NCBI GenBank assembly: GCA_964187785.1 | Contig: OZ076417.1 | Span: 14,756,001-14,820,000, forward strand | Source: Amphiscolops sp. MND2022 | Lineage: Eukaryota | Length of the DNA stretch: 64,000 nucleotides | Direction of reading: 5' to 3' | Made by a program: the position numbers and the translations under genes | The notes under the pieces: model-generated | What the model was told of the DNA's origin: nothing | Databases searched by the model: none | What the model saw: the letters and a program-made list of their open reading frames with translations, nothing else | Shown here: positions 48,368 through 60,400 of the stretch, in pieces | Layout: each line of letters opens with the position of its first letter | Numbering within the stretch: position 1 is the stretch's first letter

Positions 48368-48553
48368 GTGGCACTGGACGAATTAGACCTCAGCGGAATT
48401 GTGATTGGCTGGTACAAATTATTCACCACTTCGTCATTAGCCGAACACGGAAGAGGCAGAAATGACCAGAGACCGACCTCACTCGTGCCTCCGTCTTCGA
48501 CCAATCAGAGCACAGAGACTGTGAACACTGCTGGCCAATCAGGCAACAGATAA
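48368..48553 (+). CDS. Rim: RIM terminal exon (end of C2B, stop codon)
   Basis: LDELDLSGIVIGWYKLFTTSSL; TAA at 48551-48553; candidate AATAAA at 48617-48622. Confidence 0.95.
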   Translation: MALDELDLSGIVIGWYKLFTTSSLAEHGRGRNDQRPTSLVPPSSTNQSTETVNTAGQSGNR

Positions 48554-49916
48554 CACGTTGCGTATGACGTCATAGCCCTGTGATGCTGCGGAGAGAATGG
48601 ACCAATCAGAATGAGTAATAAATGGTCCAATCAGAGATTGAGGAATGAAACGTTTTTTACTAGACGGATGGAAGTGTGAACACAATTAAAACGAGCGTTT
48701 CAACTGCTGCTGCTAAACTAGATTCCCTGAAATTAGCATTGACAACACCTGGAAAAGAAGCCGAGTAGTTTCCTTTATTTTGTCCGTTTGTCTTGCTTAT
48801 CACAAAAGAGCGCAGTTGAACGCTGTTTAAAAATAATTGTAAAATCTGTGTGATGAATTTGTTAGTGTTTATCAACAAAATTCGGTGAATGAAAGAGTTA
48901 TATTAACGCGCGTATTGGCTGCCTTTTCAATTTTCAAAATTTTCTACCTCAGTTGTCTATGATATTGAAATTTCGGGTTTTTCGATCTAGTTTTTGATGC
49001 TACAGAGCAATGGGAACAGCCAAAATGTGTGTGATTGATTATATTAGTTAGATGGAATTTGATGTTGAGTCTCGTTTGATTTGATTGAACTCTGTAGAAT
49101 GGAAATGAGTGAAACTCACCGGCTGCAGCGGCTTATCGTCGAAAAAAGCATATTTCTCATATTGTCAGTGCAAATCAAGTTTACTGTTTTCAAATCCACA
49201 ATACAGAATACCATCATGTTGCTTTCATTTATTTTTCGTTACACTTGAAACCATTTCAGTTAATTTCTAATTGGACATTGATCATTCAGCAATTTATTCA
49301 ATTTAATTTGATTAGATTATTTGACAAATAAAATTTTTTGACACTAATTTTCGACGTTGAGGGGTGCCAAGGCTAAGTATTATGTTCTTAACAATACTAT
49401 TCAATCGAAACCTTCAATTATTATTATTTCTGCGATAGCAGGAATATTATTGAAATCTCAAGAATTCAACTTTTTTTTCTGTAAAATTCTTGTGATATCG
49501 AGTACCTACGGAAAAATTGATATTTTGTTCGGCAGTGAGTATAAACGTGAGATTTAAATTTCTCAAGCTGCCGACAACAATTCGTTTTTCGCGCGATGGA
49601 ACGAGCGAGTGTGAATTACGCATTCGTTCGCCGAGTCATTGAGATGAAGCGAACGAATGTTCGTAATTACGCTTTCGTACGCCGAGTTAGAGATAAAGCG
49701 AATGAGTGTTAATTATTCGTTCACCGAGAGCTTCGCCTGCATTCAAATGCGAATGCGAAACATCATCTACGCTTAGTAGTTATATTCACGTTTAGTCCGA
49801 GAAGAATTAAAGGCGGTGTAAACATAGAGTGATTAATTGTGTGCTATATAAATGATCAAGATAAGCTTTATTATGAAAGCCTAAAAGCAGGAATAATACT
49901 GTGCCCTGTAGGGGCC

Positions 49917-50400
49917 TGTTTTTAGTCGGCGCTTTTCTTAAGAAAAGAGCCCGACTATTACAGTCACTCGTTTTTTTTATTTAAGACAGACTCGAAGCGA
50001 CGAACGTTAAAATTAACGTTCAACTACTAAACTACTAAATACAGTACTAAACTACTGGACCGGTAAAGGCAAACGGGGAGCGCATTCATTTACTTTTTAA
50101 ACGTTAACTACAAGCCCGGACGGTACTAACGGGTCCCCCCTTTCGATTTTTTTTCGGCACTGAGACTTTTTTCGAAATTTTTTTAATGTCCCCAAAGGGT
50201 CCCCCCTTTGAGTTTTTTGTTTTGCTACAGAATGCGTGTTTATAAATCAAAAAGGGTCCCCTCTTTTACATTTTTCGGCACTGTGCGACATTTTCCGAAA
50301 GAATTTTTTTTCGAAAATTTCAAGTTTTTTTCCAAAAAAAATGTTTTGCGCTTTTTGAGCCTTAGATATAGCGCCGACTTGAGACGTTCCCGTCTTGTTG
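49917..50400 (+). mobile_element. Helentron-like element, subtype 2
   Basis: Same ends as 16064, with compensatory inner palindrome TTTTCTTAAGAAAA. Confidence 0.75.
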
Positions 50401-50628
50401 AATAAGACAACACAAGACGATCAATTATTGAAATAATGGCAATAATTGTAACAATAGGAAAACAATTTATTGCAATTACAGTCTTGTTTCTGACGTAATC
50501 GACTCTTGTACTGTGGAAACGCCTCAGTACCTTTTTGATGATGATGACGAATAATTGTCTTCGAGATTGAAAGAAAAAAAATAGACAAGTGACATCCTCT
50601 TCCGATAATCGGTAACAAGACGAGTCGG

Positions 50629-50961
50629 CGCCCCATTTAAGGCTCAAAAAGTGCAAAACTTTTAAATTATGTTCAGGACTTTTAAAATGAAAATCTCATC
50701 AATGTGTCAAAACACCCAAAGGGTTCGTGCTTGGACGAACGGGTTTGGTTGTTTTCGAACCAGATTAGTTGGAGTAACACACTCGTAATACGTCGGCGCC
50801 CCATTTAAGGCTCAAAAAGTGCAAAACGTTTAAAATATGTTCAGGACTTTCAAAATGAAAATCTCACATCAATGTGTCGAAACACCCAAAGGGTTCGTGC
50901 TTGGACGAACGGGTTTGGTTGATTTCGAACCAGATTAGTTGGAGTAACACACTCGTAATAC
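50629..50961. repeat. ~170-bp tandem duplication
   Basis: gtcggcgccccatttaaggctc...ggagtaacacactcgtaatac occurs twice. Confidence 0.9.
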
Positions 50962-51439
50962 GGTTGTGAATGGAATAAAGGGTGTTGTATCAAGAGGTTT
51001 CAAGATGGGTGAATTTTTTCAATTTTGTATATAAATGATAAAACTTTTCGTAAAGTTGGTACGCATGAAAAATCTCGTGAAAAAAGTTGTTTGAAGTGGT
51101 GGATAAATGACGAAGATTATTTTAAAAAATGTTCAAGGGCGTGATGAAAAAAACCGGCAATTTTTTAAAAGGTTCGTTTCTTGCTTGAAAAAGGTAGAAT
51201 TGATGAGCAGCAAAACAGTCTACCTTGAATTTAAAACGAGATCAAAATTCCCAAAACAAAGAAGTTAAAAATGGATGGTTTCCATAGTTTCCAGTTTTTA
51301 CCGGAGAGGTAAAGAGAATTTTGAGGGTTCCGTAAAAATGGTGTATTGCAAAGTGGCCAACAACTACGAAGAAATAATCAAGTAGCGAGAAACGAACAGC
51401 GGTGAAGAGTAAAGTTCAAAAGAGTAAAGTTGCTTAAGC

Positions 51440-54225
51440 ATACAAAAAGATAATGTTAAAATTGATTCAAACTTTTGAGGCGGAAACTTCATTTCAAAAA
51501 ATCTTCCAATGCCGGAAAAATGAAAGAGGCACCCTCCAGTCTCGTCCGGTTTTGCAAAGGCACGAAAATTTTTGGCTGAAGCAAGGACTCGAACTTGCGA
51601 CCGCTGGATTTGCACTAAACCGATTAACCTCTGTACCAGAAAGTTGTACATGCAGGATGAGCTCTGAAGTCTGACTAGCCACTGTAAATGGAAATATCAA
51701 GACGGGAACGTCCAAAGTCGGCGCTATATCTAAAGTTCAAAAAGTGAAACAATATTAAGATTGTAAAAAGGAGGCCCTTTGGGCTTTTTGAAAATCCAGC
51801 TTGTTGCCAAACATCAAAAAAACTGAAGGGGGCCTTGGAGACATGAAAATCGTTCTGAAAAAAGTCTCGCAAAGTCGAAAAAGGTGCAGGGAAAGTCTCA
51901 TAGTGCCGAAAAATGGAAAAGGGAACTTTTTAGCTTTGGAATGGTTTTGTATTTCATGTTAGGGGCTTTGGATGCGTTCAAAATGAAGTACTAAGTACTT
52001 ATCGTAAAAGTGCACAATTCACAAAAAGTGGTACAAGCAAGGTGAAGCCTATAAAAAAACAGCCAGTGTAATGGTTGAGCACTTTTTGTCAAAAAGCGCC
52101 GACTAAAAACTGTTCAAACGCATAGTTATACAGTATGTTTTAACACGCGCAATACTGTAGATGCAGTCAATGATGGGGGTTCTTTCGTGTTCAATGAAAG
52201 CTAAGACGTTAAACAGTACACCCGAACTTGACCTTTTGACATTGCTGAAAAGGAAAAGCAAATGCGTGTAAGGATTCTATCTCTCTGGCTAAGCCCGTCT
52301 CTGTTAAGCGCAGGATGTCCTTAAAAAGCAGCTGTTTAAAGTCAGCTGAGTTCCAATACGCTTGCCGCGCTTCAACTCAGAATTATTAAAACAGAAAAGT
52401 GCTTTCACATAAACTCGTCTGATAATACTCGAGGTAACTAAAAATTATTCCATGTGTATCCCTTTTTCGAGGGAAGTTGAGGGTTTCCGGAGTGCCACTG
52501 TTGGGAAGGGAACAGTTCCTTCGTCGACCATTTCTTGTCTCTTCTTCAATTTCGATCGATAATCCATTTGTTTGTTTCTTGTCAATTTAGACTTTCCGAG
52601 AAAAACATTTCAGTGATGACATAAATGAGTGGATCAAAAGAGTTACACGGGTGCATCTCCAAGTAATCACCCGAGATTCGACGTTTCTTCTATTTTCGTG
52701 GAAAGCTCCAACTGTTATTCTATGTTGAAACATCTTTATTATTCAGGACCGCAAAACTTTTTCATTCCAAACAGCTGGTCGTAGAGACATTTCCGACTTT
52801 GTTTTTTTTTACTCCAGATTACCTCGAAATCAGATGCCTCTTTCACTTCTCTTGATCCTCTTGAAGTTTCACAATGACACATTGCGTTGTTTTTGGTACA
52901 TGAACGGTTTTAGGTTCCAATTTTCTCTGCTCAATTTCTCAAACATCTGTTTGGAATTTCTTCCAGAGCTTTTTTGTCTGTTTTGTTTTTTTTTATAAAA
53001 AGAGGAAATAAGATTGTAAAATTCTGTGATATGATCAGCAAACAAAAGTGATTGTCATGCTTTCATTGGGCTATTGAAGCTAAGGACGTTGATACTGTCA
53101 TATTACGGACAACTGTCTAGGAAAATTCAGATGCTTCTGTATCCAAAATAAAGAAAATTATTTCCTGAAACTTGTAAAAGTCACTAGATATTCTCCCAGC
53201 ATTACAAAAAGTTAAAATTGAGTTTGTATGAGTTTCTACGTAGTGTCATAAAGAGCTCTTTAACAAATCACAACAAAAATTTACAAGCAAGTAAAAATGA
53301 AAATGTCAAACTTTGAGACACGCTAAAAACTATCACAAAGTTTATCTACACTTGTTTTACCACTCAAGTGAAATGACAACTCTCTGAACGGACGAATTTT
53401 GAAGGATAATATAATTGGGTGTTGAGAAAAGTTCGGGGAGGGGGGGCTTAAAACTCTTGTAGAATTTGGAATTTTTTTGAGCAGATACATTTGTTCCAAC
53501 AATGCAACCTTTTTTAACAACAAGAGTAGCAGTAACGTCACTGATACACAATGGTACCAAAAAGCTAAAGGCAGTCGATTTAGTTAACGAAAAAAATTCA
53601 AAGCGAGAATCTTTCAATATAATCTGTCCAAAAAAGGCCTATTTTTGGCCAGCAAAACAAGTATATTTTTTAATTGAAATTTAATCGAAATTCAAAAACG
53701 TATATCACATTGTATTTCAAGAAATTTTGTAAAGTTTCGAAACTTCACTAAGCAAGATCTCAAAAACTGTTGGTCAAAAGAAATACCCTCTTCGATCATT
53801 GTTGTAGCCGTAAAACCATTCTTTACCTTTCCGTAACAACAATTATTCTGAAAATGCTTCTTCAAGAGTGAACCGCCAAAAAAGTTGTAAGGAACAATGT
53901 TTTAGTGGAGTAAACATAAAAGATTTCTCAGTTTGTTTTTGTTGTCATTTTCAGAAAAACGAGAAATCAAAAACTAGAGATTAGACTCAAAATGAAAAGT
54001 TTGTCTGAAACATTTTTCTTTTGGAACAGTGGTTATCGAAATATTGCATGATGGATTTATTTCAAAAAAAAACTCAAAATGTCGCGAAGAATTTTGTTAG
54101 CAACTATTTTTGTAGTTTTTGTACGAGTTCCAAATACTATCATCCCTGTAATCTTGATTGAAATTTGCTGAAGTATTGCTCCAATGACCTTTGTTACTAT
54201 TGATTATGTACAAATATATTGCAAT
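51440..54225 (+). repeat. Copy 1 (diverged) of a ~2.9-kb segmental duplication
   Basis: Collinear with 57640-60330 and 60545-63365, with many substitutions and indels. Confidence 0.9.
51698..52110 (-). mobile_element. Helentron-like element, reverse copy (also at ~57911-58320 and ~60816-61225)
   Basis: aagacgggaacgtccaaAGTCGGCGC ... aaaaGCGCCGACTaaaaa. Confidence 0.7.
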
Positions 54226-55739
54226 AAATTTCGGCGTGAAATTTGAATAAAATTCGGCGTGAAATATTTGAGCTGTTTTCGCCAGATTACGTTTGCATGG
54301 TTTTGCCTTGCATGTAAAAAAAGAAAATTCAATTTTCTTGCATTAGTTTCAGAGTAATTTCAGTTCAAAATATTTGACATTTTTTTGACGCGGGGTATAT
54401 GAGCTTCTCGCAGTGACTACTGAGGCGACAGTACACGTTCAAAGTGTAATGATGTGTAATGATGATATGTGATTGAATTGATATGACAGGATGGTTCAAT
54501 GAAATGATAGTTTTTTACAAAGCTAAATTGAAAGTCTACAATTCCGATAAGTTGGTTTTACAAACACTTTTTACAGAAGCCTCAGTTTCATCTCTAAATA
54601 AATGTTAGTTATTTTTGTTGTGCCTCCGCTGCTTAGCCTTGTGACTCTCCAAGCAGACGATCTTGGTTTCGGATCTATGCTATACCAATCGTTTCAAAAA
54701 TATCATACTAAACATTGCCAATAGTTTCCTCAAAAGGCCTAATTTTCTCTGGTTTTTGATTGAAGTTTTTTTTCATCGTGATATGTTCACTCTTCCTGCT
54801 TTCATCAATTTGCAATTTCCGGAACATCGGACATCAAAGAAGCCTGGTACTCATGGTTAGCAAGAAATAAACAGCTAAGATGTAAAAAACGTTTTGTGAA
54901 TATAAAAAAGACTTGAAAAGATTGATTTTATCGTGGACTTTTAAACTGCTCATTGCCGTAACAACGCTGATAATCCAGCGTGCAGCTATTATTTCGCTGA
55001 ATATTTAAGTTTTTCTGATCATATTCACTTTTTATATCTTCTTCGACTTTAAAACTTCGGGGTGACGGCAGAGGGGACTAATGCTGATATTGGCGTTTTT
55101 GGTGACTCTAAAGCTGAACAAGGCCCTGCTTAAGAATCAAAAAGCGCAAAAAAAGTATCAAATTGTTGAGGCACGGATTTGAGAAAACTGAAAATTTCAC
55201 TGTTAAAAAAATTGAAATAGAGGAACGTCCAGGCTCAAAAATATTCCTTTCACGTTTTCGTATATAAAATTTATTCTGATTTATTCAAAAAGTCTAAGCA
55301 CTAAAAGTAAGGTTTTTTGAACAAATTCGAGCCTCTTCAGATCTTTGGCGTATTGTGGAACTTTGTTCAACTTTTTGGTCACTTCGACTGTTGAGAGAAA
55401 ACGGTCAACAAATGAAAACTCGAATAAGTGTAATATATTTTCCAGAACTTTTTGGTAGTTTTACTCCGTGTTTTGGATACGTTTCAGAAAAGACTTCTGA
55501 TTTTTAAAACCAAAGAGTCACGAAATTTGTGCGAACTGTTTCTCAAATATTGTCAAAACATCTTCTCTTCAACCATTTCTTCATATATAAGTTTTTCGAA
55601 TAGTTATTCAACTGTTTTTCACATGGTTATTCAGTGGTCATGAAAAACTCAATAGGATCTTCATTTGCTCGCTATTTGGACAAAAATGACATTTAAAAAC
55701 TAACCGCAAAATAGGGTCTCAGAAACAATTAAACAGAAC

Positions 55740-56064
55740 CCGTCGCACTCCTGTCCATCCCACGTACAGGCATCTCTGTCAATACACCGCATTGTGTTGT
55801 CGTTATTGATGTAACCGTCGTCACATTCACAGGAGAAAGATCCATGTTTGTTGATGCATGATGTATGCCGTGTATCTGGACAAGCATTTGCGTCCACAGC
55901 ACACTCGTCTCTCTCTTCACAGCTAGCTATTCCTTCTTCCGAAATGGTCACGAATTGGAACCCAGAGTTGCAGGTGCAGTTGTATCCCTGATTCAATTCG
56001 TTCACACAAACTCCTGCTCGGAGCCCATTACAAGCACCGTCCTTAACTGAACATTCATCTACGT
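55740..56064 (-). CDS. Exon encoding two complete calcium-binding EGF-like domains plus the start of a third
   Basis: DVDEC...CVNELNQGYNCTC and RDEC...CINKHGSFSCEC; acceptor ctttag; donor position uncertain. Confidence 0.8.
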
Positions 56065-56460
56065 CTAAAGTATACAAAGCGCTTGCACCATGTGAGTGTT
56101 AACCCTTTGACCTCAAAGTGTAAATCAGCTGAAGCTAACGCCAATGGTCAGAAAGCACCTGAACAGTTATGATAAAGCTTTTTCGAATGAGCTTCATTAA
56201 ATCATCTGAAAAGTCAATGAAGGCACTGTTTGAGCGTCTCTTAAACGTAGATTTTCAACAAAGCAACATTTAACCATCAAGAAAGGACGCGACATGCAGA
56301 CATTAGCTGTATCTATTATGTAGCAGTATCGACTAGTGTAAAAAGCGCTGATTTTCGAAGCTATCAAACCACTGTACAGAAATCAGTATTTATCGCAAAA
56401 TAGAGAAAACATAATAACCAACGTTTTTGATATTTCAAGCAAACATACTTAGTATCTTAC

Positions 56461-56619
56461 CCGCTTGTTCCAGTTGTTCTATCAACTCAGTGCAAAAAGT
56501 TTGGTTTGCAGTGAAAACGAGACATTCTTTGGGCAGAAGGAGTTTCAAAGCAGTTGTATTGTTAGGTTGCAAGTGGGAGCCACAGAAACCAGTTGCAGGA
56601 CAATACACCACGCTCTCAG
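56461..56619 (-). CDS. Cys-containing exon upstream of the EGF exon (159 nt, phase 1-1)
   Basis: tttgcag acceptor; G/GTAAGA donor; G+AC rebuilds the D of DVDEC in the next exon. Confidence 0.6.
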
Positions 56620-57426
56620 CTGCAAAGTGACCACAAAAGGTAGAAGAATTAATGTCCAATTAGATTTTCAGGGCAACAATTCAAGAAATATCTATGAGAA
56701 CCAAAGTTACTAAAGCTGGAAAACTCTAAAATGATTCCAACAAGGAGTAAAACGAGCAAAACTTTGTAAGTTTAACAAGATTTCATGAAGCTCCAATGAA
56801 TAGAACCCCCTCCATGTCGGCTCCGTCATAATCAATCACTACGCCAATCATGCCACCCCGGGTCGACCCTCCATGGATATCTTAGTAAGATCTTGCCAAG
56901 ATCTTGGAAAAATCTTAGCTAAGATCGTGACAAGATACTGCCAAGAATTGCAAGATGCCATGGTAAGATCTTAACAAGAGAGCCATGTTTCCAAGAAATC
57001 TTTTATTGTAAAAAAAAATTGGAAAGAAAAAATCTGAAAGGAAGTCAAGAAAAATCACCATTTCTGCAGATTTATATTGTTAGACATTAAAACTTCTGTT
57101 AGCAATGTATAAAATTTGGTTGAAGAGATATTTATTTAGGAAGGCTGGTTAAATTGTTCTTTAAATTGCAAAACTGTCGCCAACAACGTCGTCAGAAAAG
57201 CCTTGAGCTGAATCATTACCCAAATTAGCGCAATGACCGCCGTTTCTAGCAATTACAAGGCTGCTGAAACAGGCTCAAAGAAAGCTAGAAATATAATTTT
57301 TACAAAAATTTCCTGAATTTAAGGTCTTTCCTTTGTAACTTTCCGATAGTGGGTCTCGACGTTTGAGAGCATATTTCTCCGTCTCTGGAATCGACAGGAG
57401 TGATAAATTACAAGTTTTGGAAAGCC

Positions 57427-60400
57427 CTTGAAATGACCTTTCATTTGGTACATTCGCAGTTCTCAGTCTTAAACAGGTGAGGACTTATTAGGATTCTCGT
57501 CAAAATTTCGGAAGCCAGAATACGTTATCGTAATTTTTCACGCATTTTTGCATGCAAATTTTTAGAGCAGGTTTAAGCATTTTGATTATGAAAACGAGTA
57601 GAAATAGTCATTGTTGGGTGAAATGAGCCTTCAGATTGAGTCAAAAACGTTTATACAAAAAGATAGTGTTAAAATTGATTCAAACTTTTGAGGCGAAAAC
57701 TTCATTTCAAAAAATCTTCCAATGCCGGAAAAATGAAAGAGGCACCCTCCGGTCTCGTCCGGTTTTGCAAAGGCACGAAAATTTTTTGGCTGAAGCAAGG
57801 ACTCGAACTTGCGACCGCTGGATTTGCACTAAACCGAATAACCTCTGTACCAGAAAATGGTACATGCAGGATGAGCTCTGAAGTCTGACTAGCCACTGTA
57901 ATTGGAAATATTAAGACGAGAACGTCTAAAGTCGGCGCTATATCTAAAGTTCAAAAAGTGAAACGTTATTAAGATTGTAAAAAGGGGGCCCTTTGGGCTT
58001 TTTGAAAATCCAGCTTGTTGCCAAACATCAAAAAAACTGAAGGGGGCCTTGGAGACATCGATCTGAAAAAAGTCTCGCAAAGCCGAAAAAGGTGCAGGGA
58101 AAGTCTCATAGAGCCGAAAAATGGAAAAGGGAACTTTTTAGCTTTGGAATGGTTTTGTATTTCATGTTAGGGGCTTTGGATGCGTTCAAAATGAAGTACT
58201 AAGTACTTATCGTAAAAGTGCACAATTCACAAAAAGTGGTACAAGCAAGGTGAAGCCTATAAAAAAACAGCCAGTGTAATGGTTGAGCACTTTTTGTCAA
58301 AAAGCGCAGACTAAAAACTGTTCAAACGCATAATTATACAGTATGTTTTGACACGCGCAATACTGTAGACGCAGTCAATGATGGGAGTTCTTTCGTGTTC
58401 AATGAAAGCTAAGACGTTAAACAGGACAACACCCGAACTTGACCTTGCTGAAAAGGAAAAGCAATTGCGTGTAAGGAGACCTCAATTTTGTTATGTCTCC
58501 ATTGTAATTCTCTCTCTCTCTCTCTCTCGATGAAGAGCAGGGTGTCCTTAAAAAGCAGCTGTTTAAAGTCAGCTGAGTTCCAATACGCTTGCCGTGCTTC
58601 AACTCAGAATTATTAAAACAGAAAAGTGTTTTCACATAAATTCGTCTGATAATACTCGAGCTAACTCAAAATTATTCCATGTGTATCACTTTTTCGAGGG
58701 AAGTTTAGGGTTTCCGGAGTGCAACTGTTGGAAAGGGAACAGTTCCTTCGTCGACCATTTCTTGTCTCTTCTTCAATTTCGATCGATAATCCATTTGTTT
58801 GTTCCTTGTCAATTTAGACTTTCCGAGAAAAACATTTCAGTGATGACATAAAGGAGTGGATCAAAAGAGTTACACGGGTGTATCTCAAAGTAATCACGAG
58901 AGATTCGACGTTTCTTCTATTTTCATGGAAAGCTCCAACTGTTATTCTATTTTGAAACATCTTTAATATTCAGGACCGCAAAAACTTTTTCATTCCAAAC
59001 CGCTGGTTGTTGAGACATTTCCGACTATGTTTTTTTTACTCCAGATTACCTCGAAATCAGATGCCTCTTTCACTTCTCTTGATCCTCTTGAAGTTTCACA
59101 ATGACACATTGCGTTGTTTTTGGTACATGAACGGTTTTAGGTTCCAATTTTCTCTGCTCAATTTCTCAAACATCTGTTTGGAATTTCTTCCAGAGCTTTT
59201 TTGTCTGTTTTGTTTTTTTTTCTTTTTTTTAAAAAAAGAGGAAATAAGATTGTAAAATTCAGTGGTATGATCAGCAAACAAAAGTGCATTGTCTTGCTTT
59301 CATTGGGCTATTGAAGCTAAGGACGTTGAAACTGTCATATTACGGACAACTGTCAAGGAAAATTCAGATGCTTCTGTATCCAAAATATAGAAAAATATTT
59401 CCTGAAACTAGTAAAAGTCACTAGATATTCTCCCAACATTACATTATTCAACAAAAAGTTAAAGTTGAGTTTGTATGAGTTTCTACGTGCAGTGTCATAA
59501 AGAGCTCTTTAACAAATCACAACAAAAATTTACAAGCAAGTAAAAATGAAAATGTCAAACTTTGAGACACGCTAAAAACTATCACAAAGTTTATCTACAC
59601 TTGTTTTACCACTCAAGTGAAATGACAACTCTCTGAACGGACGAATTTTGAAGGATAATTTAATTGGGTGTTGAGAAAAGTTCGGGGGGGGGGGCTTAAA
59701 ACTCTTGTTTTGGAATTTTTTTGAGAAGATACATTTGTTTCAACAATGCTACCTTTTTTAACAACAAGAGTAGCAGTAACGTCACTGATACACAATGGTA
59801 CCAAAAAGCTAAAGGCAGTCAATTTAGCTAACAAAAAAATTCAAAGCGAGAAAACTTTCAATATAATCTGTCCAAAAAAGCCTATTTTTGTCCAGCAAAA
59901 CAAGTATATTTTCTATTGAAATTTAATCGAAATTCAAAAACGTATATCACATTGGATTTCAAGAAATTTTGTATAGTTTCGAAACTTCACTAAGCAATAT
60001 CTCAAAAACTGTTGGTCGAAAGAAATACCCTCTTCGATCATTGTTGTAGCCGTAAAACCATTCTTTACCTTTCAGTAACAACAATTATTCTGAAAATGCT
60101 TTCTTCAAGAGTGAACCGCCAAAAAAAGTTGTAAAGAAAGTATTTCAGCGGAGTAAAAATAAAAGATTTTTCATTTTGTTTTTGTTGTCATTTTCAGAAA
60201 AACGAGAAATCAAAAACTAGAGATTAGACTCAAAATGAAAAGTTTGTCTGAAACATTTTTCTTTTGGAATAGTGGTTATCGAAATATTGCATGATGGATT
60301 TCTTTCAAAAAACTCGAAGTGTCGCAAAGAACTTGGAATGACCTTTCATTTGGTACATTCGCAGTTCTCAGTCTTAAACAGGTGAGGACTTATTAGGATT

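Larger units (their letters stand above)
8655..48553 (+). other. Rim: RIM / UNC-10 (regulating synaptic membrane exocytosis) gene, 26 reconstructed coding exons, 5' exons missing
   Basis: Domain order Zn finger, PDZ, C2A, C2B with recognisable RIM motifs. All introns are GT-AG with matching phases; the summed CDS is 7587 nt (divisible by 3) and ends in TAA at 48551-48553. Confidence 0.95.

Noticed and set aside
54620-54860. Possible transposase or EGF-gene continuation
   Set aside because: Frames tested contain stops and no diagnostic motif.
56870-57000. caagatctt-rich degenerate repeat
   Set aside because: Simple repeat with no further structure.
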